In this document: piece by piece, positions 53,613 to 63,119 of the stretch
Numbering within the stretch: position 1 is the stretch's first letter
Layout of the letters: every line of letters begins with the position of its first letter
Source: a virus
DNA: 64,000 bases
Strand: one strand, 5' to 3'
Virus record (IMG/VR): IMGVR_UViG_2651869518_000004
Location: 1,266-65,265 of that record
Position numbers and translations under genes: made by a program
Notes under the pieces: generated by a model
What the model saw: only the letters and a program-made list of their open reading frames with translations
Told to the model about the DNA's origin: nothing
Databases searched by the model: none

Positions 53613-55847
53613 ATGGGTGTTTTCGATCAGTTGTGGGACACGCTGCGGACCAGCCCCGCCGCTGATGCCGTTCGCCAGGTGCAGATGCACGGCGGCGTGC
53701 TTCCGAGCATCTATTCGGCTGCTGACAGCGTCAAACGGCGCCTCTCGGACGCCGTCGGGCACCCCCTGGACTATCTGGCCCAGACCGCCGGACAGCTTCA
53801 GGACCACCCGGAGGCGATCCAGGGGGCCTTTATGCCTGACGGCGCGGGCCTGGGGACCCACATGCCGGCCTTTGCGGGCACCTTCGGGGGCTACAACGCC
53901 CTCACGGCCAACAAGGATGCCGCATTCAACGCCGCGCGCCGCCTGGCCGCCGGCCACGACCCGGCGACCGTCTGGAAAGAGACCGGCTGGGGCCTCGGAC
54001 CCGACAAGAACATGCGGTTTGAGATACCAGACAACACGGCCAAGTTCAACGGCGAAATGGACATCCACGCGGCCAACCTGGCCGAGGCGCAGCGCATCAA
54101 GGACATGAAGGCCCAGGCCACGGACCTCTTCCGGCAGCGCCTGACCCAGCCCGACCTCTTCCCCAAGCAGCTCAACACGGCCATTGGCGACCTGCGCGAC
54201 CAGGCCAAGGCCGCCGAGGCCGCGCGCACGGCGCCCAACGGGCTCGACAGCCACGCGCAGTACCGGGGCAACCTGGCGCCCCTCGCCCTGGAGCACCCCG
54301 AGCTGTACGCCGCCTACCCCGACCTGGCGGCCAACATCATCCGCCAAGGCGCCGACCGAGGCCCGGGCAGCTTCGGCGCCCGAGTCGGCACCAACATCGA
54401 CATCAACAAGCCGGCCCTGGCGCGCGACCCCCTCTCCACCGCCTTGCACGAGATGCAGCACGGCGTGCAGGACCAGGAGGCCTTCAGCCGGGGCGGCAAT
54501 CAGGAAATGTTCACCAGCCCGCTCAGCCCGGTCAACAGGCCCCTGCTGGATCGGCTCCACGACCTGAACGAGCAGACGCCACCCCCAGGCCCCGAGGGCC
54601 GGCAGCACGCCAACGACGTGTACGACACCCGCGCTGAGCTGCTGCGCCGGCAGAACGACCCCTTCAGCGCCTATCAACGCCTGGCCGGCGAGGCCGAGGC
54701 ACGGCTCACCCAGGCGCGCATGAACATGACCCCCGAGGAGCGGGCCAACAGCTACCCCTTCGACCCGGACTACTTCAAGCAGACCACTGGGGTGGGCATC
54801 GGCGACCTGATCCACATCGACGACAAGGGCCAGCCGACGATGAGCGCGCAGGCGCCCAACTACCCCCAGGCCGAGGCGCTGGAGACCGCTCGCCGCAACG
54901 GCGTGAGCATGCTGGGCCTGCCGGAGCACAACACGCCGATGGACCGCGCCGCTGCGATGGGTTACGCCGACGAGGGCTACCACGGGTCCCTCAACGACAT
55001 CCACGCGTTCAACCCCAACAAGGCCAGCACCGAGAGCCACGCCGGCATGGGCACCTACATCACCGACAGCGCGGAGGACGCCAGCCGCAACTACGCCAGC
55101 ATCTACGGACCGGACGTGGCGGGAAAGGTGACGCGCAGGCTAGAGGAGTCCGGTGAAGGGGACCGCCCGCCTGCCCCCGGCTGGTACGACAAGCTCCAAA
55201 ATGAAACCCTCACGCCCAACCAGACCCGGCTCCTGACCGAGCGATACCTCGGCGCCGACAACGCCGGAACGGTCTACCCGCTCATGTTCAAGAAGGGCCA
55301 GGCGGCGCACTTGGACAACCCCAAGCTGGACACCCACATCGAGGGTATGGAGCGCTACGACCCCGAGGAGGATGAGTACTTCCCGTCGGATACGTTCCAC
55401 GACTGGGAGCGTGCCCAGCGCAACGTGAACAACCTGGTGGACGGTGGCGAACCGGACATGCTTGCGCACCTGGCGGAACAGGGCTACACGTCTGACGGCG
55501 CAAGAGCCGGCGACATCTACGACACCGTCCACAAGAACGCCGGCGACCTGTATGACAACAACGGTGACCTGCTCTCGGGCGCCGCCGTGGCCGGTGAGTT
55601 TCTCAAGGGCCTGGGCATCGACACCATCCAGCACACGCCCCAGTTCAGAAACGCCCAGCTCAACCTGGGCAACACCCACTCCATCGTGTTCGACCCAAGC
55701 CACATCCGATCCCGCTTTGCGGCCTTTGACCCGGCCCGAGCCCATGAGCCCGACTTGTTGGCAGGCTACATGCCCCCGGCGTCCACCTACCAGCAGCAGG
55801 ACGACCCCCAACCCGGCGCACTAACCCAGGCGATCACAGCACCATGA
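53613..55847 (+). CDS. large virion-associated protein with zincin-like HExxH motif (polyvalent/injected-protein candidate)
   Basis: ALHEMQHGVQD (HExxH) mid-protein; N-terminal about 90 aa homologous to the N-terminus of the 22662 protein; 744 aa. Confidence 0.45.
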   Translation: MGVFDQLWDTLRTSPAADAVRQVQMHGGVLPSIYSAADSVKRRLSDAVGHPLDYLAQTAGQLQDHPEAIQGAFMPDGAGLGTHMPAFAGTFGGYNALTANKDAAFNAARRLAAGHDPATVWKETGWGLGPDKNMRFEIPDNTAKFNGEMDIHAANLAEAQRIKDMKAQATDLFRQRLTQPDLFPKQLNTAIGDLRDQAKAAEAARTAPNGLDSHAQYRGNLAPLALEHPELYAAYPDLAANIIRQGADRGPGSFGARVGTNIDINKPALARDPLSTALHEMQHGVQDQEAFSRGGNQEMFTSPLSPVNRPLLDRLHDLNEQTPPPGPEGRQHANDVYDTRAELLRRQNDPFSAYQRLAGEAEARLTQARMNMTPEERANSYPFDPDYFKQTTGVGIGDLIHIDDKGQPTMSAQAPNYPQAEALETARRNGVSMLGLPEHNTPMDRAAAMGYADEGYHGSLNDIHAFNPNKASTESHAGMGTYITDSAEDASRNYASIYGPDVAGKVTRRLEESGEGDRPPAPGWYDKLQNETLTPNQTRLLTERYLGADNAGTVYPLMFKKGQAAHLDNPKLDTHIEGMERYDPEEDEYFPSDTFHDWERAQRNVNNLVDGGEPDMLAHLAEQGYTSDGARAGDIYDTVHKNAGDLYDNNGDLLSGAAVAGEFLKGLGIDTIQHTPQFRNAQLNLGNTHSIVFDPSHIRSRFAAFDPARAHEPDLLAGYMPPASTYQQQDDPQPGALTQAITAP

Positions 55848-56719
55848 ACATCTTCAAATTCCAGCGGCACACCCTGCGCAGCGAGAATCAAGGCGAGGGC
55901 GCAGGGGATCGCTCCTATGGTGGGGGCGGGGACAACACGCCCAGCGGCCCCAGCGGTGGGAACGCCCAAGACACGCCTTCGGCTCCCGCAACGCCAGACG
56001 CACCCGCGCCAGCCCCCGCGCCAGCCCCTGCACCCGGCCCCGAGACCGTTCAGGGCGTCACCGACCGCTGGGGCAACCCGGTCTATGCGGGCGCCACGGG
56101 CCAGGCGATCCGCGACGGGCAGCTCCACGACAACGGCTACGGGGCGCTGACCAGCGTCTGGTCTCAGCCGGGCTTTGCCACCAACGGGCAGAGCTTCGAC
56201 GCCATCCGGGCCGGGATCAATGACGGCTCCATCGACCCCAACAGCAACATCAGCAACTACCAGACCTATGGGCAGGCGCTGGGGGTGAACGACTACGCCA
56301 CGCCGGCGCTCAACGCCATCGGGATGATAGCCAGTAGTGCCATCCCGGGCTACAACATCGCCAAGACACTGGCCAACGCATACAACAACCCCACCGGCAC
56401 GGCGGCAGACCTCGGCGGCGGCCTGATCGGCAACTACCTCTCCAGGCAGTTCGGCCTGGGCGCCCTGTCGCCGGTAGTGACCGCCGCGCTCAAGGGCGGC
56501 CTGGCCAGCGCCCTGGGCGGCGGCAGCGCCGCAGACGGGGCGCAGACGGCCGCAGAGCGCGCAGGCACGGCGTCTATCACCAACCTGGGCACCTCGGCCC
56601 TGGCCAGCGCGCTGCACGTCGACCCGCGCATCGTGGGCGCCGTCGGCTCCGCCACCGGCCTCACCGGCGCCGTCGGCAGCAAGGTGGGCGCGCTCACCCG
56701 GGCCATTGCCGGAAATTAG
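55844..56719 (+). CDS. Gly/Ala/Ser-rich virion protein candidate
   Basis: 291 aa, PAPAPAPAPAPGP linker then a G/A/S-rich region; analogous to the 14928 protein. Confidence 0.3.
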   Translation: MNIFKFQRHTLRSENQGEGAGDRSYGGGGDNTPSGPSGGNAQDTPSAPATPDAPAPAPAPAPAPGPETVQGVTDRWGNPVYAGATGQAIRDGQLHDNGYGALTSVWSQPGFATNGQSFDAIRAGINDGSIDPNSNISNYQTYGQALGVNDYATPALNAIGMIASSAIPGYNIAKTLANAYNNPTGTAADLGGGLIGNYLSRQFGLGALSPVVTAALKGGLASALGGGSAADGAQTAAERAGTASITNLGTSALASALHVDPRIVGAVGSATGLTGAVGSKVGALTRAIAGN

Positions 56720-56743
56720 TCAAAACCAATCAGTTAACCGTAT

Positions 56744-59668
56744 TTGATAGGCTTTGCCTATAATCCAGCCCAAAGGAGCCCATCCATGCCCGATCCGATG
56801 CAAGACCCGACGCAGCCCCAAGCGGATGGCGGCCTGTCTGCGTCTGGCGCATCCGATGCGCTGGAGCAGAGCAACGCCGAGGACTTGGAGGTCCAAGAGC
56901 TGGAGGACGGCTCAGCGGTCGTGAACCTGGGCGGCGATGAGCCCCCGGCGCGCGTCTCCGAGGAATTCTCGGAGAACCTGGCCGAGTGGCTCCCGCTCAA
57001 CGTGCTCGACTCTATGGGGCTGGACCTGGCCGAGCTGGTCGAGTCCGACAAGCGCTCCCGCAAGGAGCGCGACAAGCAGTACGCCGAGGGGATCAAGAAG
57101 GCCGGCCTGGGCGACGACGCGCCAGGCGGCGCCAACTTCGACGGCGCCAGCCGGGTCACCCACCCGATGCTGGCCAAGGGCTGCGTGGACTTCATGTCCA
57201 AGGCGATCAAGGAGCTGTTCCCGGCCTCCGGCCCCTGCAAGACCCAGATCGTCGGCGAGACAACCGACGCCAAGCTCGACAAGGCCGAGCGCAAGAAAAA
57301 GTACATGAACTGGCAGCTCCAGACCAAGGTCTCGGAGCAGCGCGCGGAGCTGGAGCGGCTCCTCTCCCAACTGCCCCTGGGCGGCAGCCAGTACAAGCGC
57401 TGGTGGTGGGACGCGGCCCTGCGCCGCCCGCGCACCGAGACGGTCTACATCGACGACGTCTTCCTGCCCTACAGCCAGTCCGACTTCTACTCCAGCTACC
57501 GCGTCACGCACCGCCAGTGGGTCGCCGAGGATGAGTTCCAGTCTCGCATCGATTCGGGCCTGTACATCGACATCGACGTGGGAAAGCCCGGCGTGGGCGC
57601 CAACGAGATCAGCGAATCCAAGGAAGCCACCGACAGCGTCGAGGGCAACGAGGAAGACGTCCAGGCCTTTAACGAGGAGGGCCTGCGCGAGGTCTACATG
57701 ATCTACGCGGACCTGCGGGTGGAGGGGGACGACCTCGCGGACGGCCGCACCGCGCCCTACATCGTCCACGTCGAAAACTACTCTCAGAAGGTCCTCGGTG
57801 TTTACCGGAACTGGAAGGAGGGCGACGATGGGCTTGAGAAGAAGCACTGGATGGTGGAATACAACTTCATCCCATGGCGTGGAGCCTATGGAGTGGGTCT
57901 GTATCACCTTATTGGATCGCTCGCCGGGTCTGGAACGGGTGCATTGCGCGCTCTCCTGGACAGCGCCCATATCTCTAACTTCCCAGGAGGTCTCAAGCTC
58001 AAAGGTGGGCGCGCTTCCGGTCAGACTGTTCAGGTCAATGCGACCGAACTAGCCGAGATCGATGCGCCGCCGGGCGTTGACGACATCCGCAAGCTGGTCA
58101 TGCCGTTCCCGTTCAATGGCCCCAGCAACGTGCTCATGCAGCTCCTGGAGTGGCTCACGGCACAGGCCGAGACGGTGATCGCCACCGCATCCGAGTCCAT
58201 TGCAGATGCCGGCGCCAACATGCCCGTGGGCACGGCCTTGGCCCTGATTGAGCACGGCAGCACCAACTTCAGCGCGATCCACGCGCGCTGCCACGCCTCC
58301 TTCAAGCGTGAGATGGAAATTCTGCACCGCCTGGACGCGGAGAATCTGAGCGACAAGGAGGTGGTCGCCGAGCTGGGCGAGCTGGTGGTCACGGCCGAGG
58401 ACTTCCAGGGGCCGATGGACATCATCCCGGTCAGCGACCCCAACATCTTCAGCGAGGCGCAGCGCTACGCCCAGGTGCAGGCGATCCTGCAGCTCGCAGA
58501 GAACCCGCACTTCGCCCCGATCTTCAAGCCGGATCGGCTCCTCAAGCGCGTGCTGCGCACGCTCCAGGTGCCCGACGCCGAGGAGCTGGCCAACCTGCCC
58601 AAGGACCCGGTGCTGCTGGGGCCTGTGGAGGAGAACTTCGTGATCTGCGCGGCCGAGCCGCAGCCGATCAAGGTCTTCATGCAGCAGGACCACCTGGCGC
58701 ACCTGACGGCGCACCTGACCTTCCTCACCAGCCCCATGTTTGGCGCCAACCCGCTCATCGGCCCGGTGGTCTTCCCGGTCCTGATGCCGCACGTCAAGGA
58801 CCACATGATGGGCCTGTACAAGATGCACGCCAGCGCAGCGGCGGACGCCGCCGCCATGACGGGCCAGGCCATGGGCAAGCCCATGCCGCGCGAGCACGCC
58901 GAGATGCAGGGCGTGGCCTTCGCCGACAAGGCCCTGGCCACCGTGCTCGCGCCCATCATGCCGATCATGGAGAAGGCCCAGCAGCTCGCGCAGCAGTTTG
59001 CGCAGAAGCCACCGGTGAGCCCCGACGTGCAGGCACAGCTCGCCGCCCAGGCAGCGCAGGCGCAGCAGTCCGCACAGGCTCAGCAGGCGCTGCAGGCGCA
59101 GCAGCTCCAGGCCCAGTCGCAGGATCACCAGGCGACCCTGGCCGCGCAGGCGCAGGAGGCCGACAAGGAGCGCGCATTCAAGGCCCAGATGGAGCAGAAC
59201 AAGCTGGCCGCCCGGGCGCAGGAGGTCCAGGCCGAGCGCGACCAAGAGGACCGGGCCACCACTATGGCCACGGCCGTGGAGCACTTTACCGCCCAGATGC
59301 AGCAGCAGATGGAGGCGCAGCGCGCGCAGGCCCAGGCCGACCGCGAGGAGCGCGCCGCCCAGGCCCAGCTCCAGCGCGACCAGCTCAAGGCCGACAACGA
59401 CGCCAACCTGGCCATTCTGCAAGGGATGATCGCCGCACAAGCGCCGGCCCCGGCGGCGGGTGAGGGCCAGGGCACGACCCAGCCGGATCAGGCCAGCGCC
59501 CTGCAGCCCCTGATCGAGGCCATGAACCAGAACACGCAGCAGATGATGCAGCAGCTAAGCGAGGGCCTGGCCAATGTGCAGGCCGCGCACGCCGCGCCGC
59601 GTGTGGCGCGCTACATCAAGGACGCAAACGGCAACAACGTCGGCGTCGAGTCCGTAATCAAGCACTAA
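56744..59668 (+). CDS. portal protein candidate with long Q/A-rich C-terminal coiled-coil (barrel-like) extension
   Basis: 974 aa; acidic N-terminus, about 250-aa C-terminal Q/A/E-rich helical region reminiscent of the P22 portal barrel; position downstream of the terminase large subunit. Confidence 0.35.
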   Translation: MIGFAYNPAQRSPSMPDPMQDPTQPQADGGLSASGASDALEQSNAEDLEVQELEDGSAVVNLGGDEPPARVSEEFSENLAEWLPLNVLDSMGLDLAELVESDKRSRKERDKQYAEGIKKAGLGDDAPGGANFDGASRVTHPMLAKGCVDFMSKAIKELFPASGPCKTQIVGETTDAKLDKAERKKKYMNWQLQTKVSEQRAELERLLSQLPLGGSQYKRWWWDAALRRPRTETVYIDDVFLPYSQSDFYSSYRVTHRQWVAEDEFQSRIDSGLYIDIDVGKPGVGANEISESKEATDSVEGNEEDVQAFNEEGLREVYMIYADLRVEGDDLADGRTAPYIVHVENYSQKVLGVYRNWKEGDDGLEKKHWMVEYNFIPWRGAYGVGLYHLIGSLAGSGTGALRALLDSAHISNFPGGLKLKGGRASGQTVQVNATELAEIDAPPGVDDIRKLVMPFPFNGPSNVLMQLLEWLTAQAETVIATASESIADAGANMPVGTALALIEHGSTNFSAIHARCHASFKREMEILHRLDAENLSDKEVVAELGELVVTAEDFQGPMDIIPVSDPNIFSEAQRYAQVQAILQLAENPHFAPIFKPDRLLKRVLRTLQVPDAEELANLPKDPVLLGPVEENFVICAAEPQPIKVFMQQDHLAHLTAHLTFLTSPMFGANPLIGPVVFPVLMPHVKDHMMGLYKMHASAAADAAAMTGQAMGKPMPREHAEMQGVAFADKALATVLAPIMPIMEKAQQLAQQFAQKPPVSPDVQAQLAAQAAQAQQSAQAQQALQAQQLQAQSQDHQATLAAQAQEADKERAFKAQMEQNKLAARAQEVQAERDQEDRATTMATAVEHFTAQMQQQMEAQRAQAQADREERAAQAQLQRDQLKADNDANLAILQGMIAAQAPAPAAGEGQGTTQPDQASALQPLIEAMNQNTQQMMQQLSEGLANVQAAHAAPRVARYIKDANGNNVGVESVIKH

Positions 59669-59681
59669 CCCAAGGAACGAT

Positions 59682-59966
59682 ATGACCCTCACCGAAACCC
59701 GCGACGCCGCTCTGGCGGCCCAAGCCTCTGCTCTTGAAGCCCTGAACGCCGCCCAGGCGGCCCTGGCAAAAACGAACGACGACGTGGTGGCTGCTGTGCA
59801 GGCGCTGAACGCCGTGCAGCCCTCCTTGGACATCTTGGCCCAGATTGAGGTCGCGCTGACGGTCATCCCCGGCACGGTGACCACCGCAGAGGACGAAGCG
59901 GTTGACCGCTTCCGCGCAAGCCTGGCTCCTGCCGTTGCGCAATTGCGCGCGCTCTTCAACGTCTAA
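59682..59966 (+). CDS. small coiled-coil protein
   Basis: 94 aa, Ala-rich helical. Confidence 0.3.
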   Translation: MTLTETRDAALAAQASALEALNAAQAALAKTNDDVVAAVQALNAVQPSLDILAQIEVALTVIPGTVTTAEDEAVDRFRASLAPAVAQLRALFNV

Positions 59967-59977
59967 GGCCCGACCCC

Positions 59978-60580
59978 ATGGCACTGCAATACTCAGTCAC
60001 CCATCGCACCAATGCCGTGGGCACCCTTACCACTGACGTCGGCTCCGCTGGCGTCTGCAAAATCTTTACGGGCGCGCCGCCCGCTACCTGCGCCACCGCT
60101 GACACTGGAACCCTGCTTGCAACCTTTGCCGGCAACGCGACCTTTGGCGCCTCTGCCAGCGGTGTTTACACCCTCAACGCAATCAGCGGTGTGACGGCAT
60201 CGGGCTCGGGCGTGGCTGGCTACTTCCGCTGGTATCCCAACGCCGCCACGACCACCAACGCCGTTATCCAGGGCACGGTGTACCAGTCGTCCACCCTGGT
60301 CACCTCGGCCACTACGGCGGCCAACAGCAACGTGCTGACCTTCTCGTCGGTCTCGGGCCTGTCCGTTGGTCAGACCGTGAGCGGGACCGGCATCTTGGCA
60401 GGCGCGACCATCATCGCCACCACCGGCACCACGGTGACTATTAGCATGGCGTCCACCGCCGGCGTCGGCTCGGGCGTCACCATCACCTTCGGCGGCGACA
60501 TGAACCTGACCAACACCAACATCGCCTTTGGCCAAACGGTCAACTTCACCTCGCAAACCATTACCGCCTATGGTGCTTAA
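59978..60580 (+). CDS. structural protein sharing a domain with the 12717 large tail protein
   Basis: TSATTAANSNVLTFSSVSGLSVGQTVSGTGILAGATIIATTGTTVTIS versus TSATTASGSNVLTFAAVSGVSNGMVVSGTGIAYGSTVSSFTGTTVTLS in the 12717 protein. Confidence 0.35.
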   Translation: MALQYSVTHRTNAVGTLTTDVGSAGVCKIFTGAPPATCATADTGTLLATFAGNATFGASASGVYTLNAISGVTASGSGVAGYFRWYPNAATTTNAVIQGTVYQSSTLVTSATTAANSNVLTFSSVSGLSVGQTVSGTGILAGATIIATTGTTVTISMASTAGVGSGVTITFGGDMNLTNTNIAFGQTVNFTSQTITAYGA

Positions 60581-62514
60581 TGGCGCGCGCGCTCCTATCG
60601 AATAACGTCTCGACGACGCTCAGTGCGGCGATCACCAGCACAAGCGCTACCACGTTTCAAGTAGCAAGCGCGACGGGGTTTCCAGCGCCCACCGGTGGGC
60701 AGTACTTCTACTGCACCCTCTTAGACGCCGCACTCGTCCCGGAGATAGTCAAGGTGACCGGCGTGTCGGGGACGACGGTGACTTGCGTGCGCGCCCAAGA
60801 CGGCACTACAGCGAGCACGTTCGCCCTGGGCGCATTCGTAAAGATCAATCTCACAGCGGCCGTGATGGCCGAACTGTGGAACGAGGACAGCGTGCACAAC
60901 GCCACCGGCAAGGCCACGCCCGTAGATGCGGACGAGCTGCCAATGGTGGACAGCGCCGCGTCGTTCGGGATCAAGAAGCTCACCTGGGGCAATCTGAAGG
61001 CCACGCTACTCACTTGGCTACAGAGCACGGTGTTCCCGGCCCCTGGCGCGATTGGCGCGACGACTCCTGCAGCCGGATCGTTCACGACGCTGGCAGCCAG
61101 CAGCACACTCAGCGCGTCGAACTTTAGCGGCAGCAGCTCGGGCACAAACACCGGAGACAACGCCGCCAACAGCAACTACGCAAGCGACTACCGCGCGGCC
61201 AACTTCATCGCCGGGACGAACTACCAAGCACCTCTTGGCAATGCCAGCACCAGCACCTCTGGCATCCTGACGTCTACCGACTGGAACACATTCAACGGCA
61301 AGCAAGCTGCGCTGGGGTACACCCCGTACAACGCAACCAACCCAAGCGGCTATATCAACTCAAGCGCGTCCATCTCTGGAAACGCCAATGGGGTTGGGTC
61401 GCTTGACCCTGACCGAACGATAGCCAACCAGACGCCGCAAACGTCAGCGCAGCAAGTCAAATTTCAATTTGCCAATGCGTCTGCCACCGGGACCGGCGGT
61501 AATTATGCCGGCGTCATGACGTACTCTCCTTGGACCGGCACAACAGCCAGCACAGGCGATGCGTCATACCAGCTCGCGTTTGGTAGTACGGCAACCAACG
61601 GCGGCGGCGTTCCACAGTTGCGCCTGCGCAAGGGCATAGACAGCACGTGGAACGCCTGGACCGACATTCTTACCAGCAGCAACTACAACAGCTACTCCCC
61701 AACGCTGACAGGCGGCGGCGCCAGCGGCACTTGGGCAATCAGCGTTACCGGTAACGCTGCGACGGTCGGCGGTTTTGGCGCATCGCAATCCGCCGGAGTG
61801 GGCAGCCGGGTAGTTGTCGCGGACGCATCGGGGTACATTAACAACACCTACTACAACGGCTCCGACGAGGGCACCAGTGGCACCGCCGGTACGGTTACCG
61901 GCGTCTTGGCAAAGCGGGGTGACAACTACTACCGTACGACCAATGCGGCCAGCATTGCGGCGTACCTGTCCGGGCAGTCGATGAACATCGCCGGCAGCTC
62001 TACAAGCTGCAGCGGCAATGCCGCTACGGCGACGGCGTTAAACGGAAGTGCAACAATTGTCAGCTCCACGATAGCGACTACCAGCGGCACCGCTGCGCTC
62101 TTTACGGGAATCCCTTCGTGGGCAAAGCGCGTTACCGTTAACCTAAATGGCTTTGCGAGTACCGGCACCTCAATTGGTCTGATTCAGCTTGGCGCAGGAT
62201 CGGTGCAATCAACCGGTTATACGGGAGACGTAGCAGCAATTAACAGCGGCACGGGCCAGAGCGCAATGACGGGCGTCGGCCACCAGTTGCTGACAACCGC
62301 TTTCGCCTCGTTTACGCACACAGGAATAATCACCTTTCAAAATCTAGGCGGAAATACCTGGGTTGGAATGGGTTTGAGCAGATATGCTACCGGCGGAGCT
62401 ATGGCCATGACCACAAGCGTGGTAACCCTTTCTGGCGTGCTTGACCGTGTAAACGTGACAACCACTACCGGGGTCACGCTCACCGGTGGTTCTGTCAGCA
62501 TTACTTGGGAGTAG
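60580..62514 (+). CDS. tail fiber paralog
   Basis: LGYTPYNATNPSGYINSS matches the GFTPYSAANPSGYITSAG repeat of the 8327 fiber; T/S/G-rich beta-type C-terminus; 644 aa. Confidence 0.5.
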   Translation: MARALLSNNVSTTLSAAITSTSATTFQVASATGFPAPTGGQYFYCTLLDAALVPEIVKVTGVSGTTVTCVRAQDGTTASTFALGAFVKINLTAAVMAELWNEDSVHNATGKATPVDADELPMVDSAASFGIKKLTWGNLKATLLTWLQSTVFPAPGAIGATTPAAGSFTTLAASSTLSASNFSGSSSGTNTGDNAANSNYASDYRAANFIAGTNYQAPLGNASTSTSGILTSTDWNTFNGKQAALGYTPYNATNPSGYINSSASISGNANGVGSLDPDRTIANQTPQTSAQQVKFQFANASATGTGGNYAGVMTYSPWTGTTASTGDASYQLAFGSTATNGGGVPQLRLRKGIDSTWNAWTDILTSSNYNSYSPTLTGGGASGTWAISVTGNAATVGGFGASQSAGVGSRVVVADASGYINNTYYNGSDEGTSGTAGTVTGVLAKRGDNYYRTTNAASIAAYLSGQSMNIAGSSTSCSGNAATATALNGSATIVSSTIATTSGTAALFTGIPSWAKRVTVNLNGFASTGTSIGLIQLGAGSVQSTGYTGDVAAINSGTGQSAMTGVGHQLLTTAFASFTHTGIITFQNLGGNTWVGMGLSRYATGGAMAMTTSVVTLSGVLDRVNVTTTTGVTLTGGSVSITWE

Positions 62515-62810
62515 CCATGCAACGCACCGAATTAAATTGCGCCACGGGCGAGCAGCGTATTGTCGACTTGACGCCTGATGAGATTGCGGCGTATACGCCC
62601 CTAAGCGCGAGTGATCTGAAAAGGGCAATTCAATTTCAAATCGACCAACTAGAAAGCGCCCAGCTCCTGCCCCGCATTACCCGCGAGTTCATGCTGCTGC
62701 AGTTCGCAGCCGTTGCGCAGGCCCAAGGTGCCGACCCGATGACCAACGCCGCATACGCCAAGCTCAAAGAGTTTGATGACCAAATAGCTGCACTGCGCTC
62801 GCAACTATGA
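62505..62810 (+). CDS. hypothetical protein
   Basis: 101 aa; the start overlaps the stop of the fiber gene. Confidence 0.3.
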   Translation: MGVAMQRTELNCATGEQRIVDLTPDEIAAYTPLSASDLKRAIQFQIDQLESAQLLPRITREFMLLQFAAVAQAQGADPMTNAAYAKLKEFDDQIAALRSQL

Positions 62811-63100
62811 CCGTGCTGCTGGCGCTTCTCTTCCCGGTAGCGATTCAGTACGAGCGCGGCGGGTGGTATAGGTTACTTCTGCCGATCACGCTGCTGGCGC
62901 TGGTCGTTGATGTAGCGGCAAACTGGACAGAGCTTTCGCTTGTTTTCTGGGAGCTGCCTAAGCCCGGCGAGTACACCTTCAGCAGTCGACTGGAACGCTT
63001 GGTGCTGAGCGCCACATGGCGAGGGGCCGTGGCGCGCCGCGTGGCGACGGTCTTGAATTTAATAGCCCCCTCCCATCGGCATATAAAGACCGCTTTCTAA
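62807..63100 (+). CDS. small membrane protein
   Basis: Two hydrophobic segments (VLLALLFPVAI; LLLPITLLALVV). Confidence 0.3.
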   Translation: MTVLLALLFPVAIQYERGGWYRLLLPITLLALVVDVAANWTELSLVFWELPKPGEYTFSSRLERLVLSATWRGAVARRVATVLNLIAPSHRHIKTAF

Positions 63101-63119
63101 CCGGGGCAGGCACCAAAAA

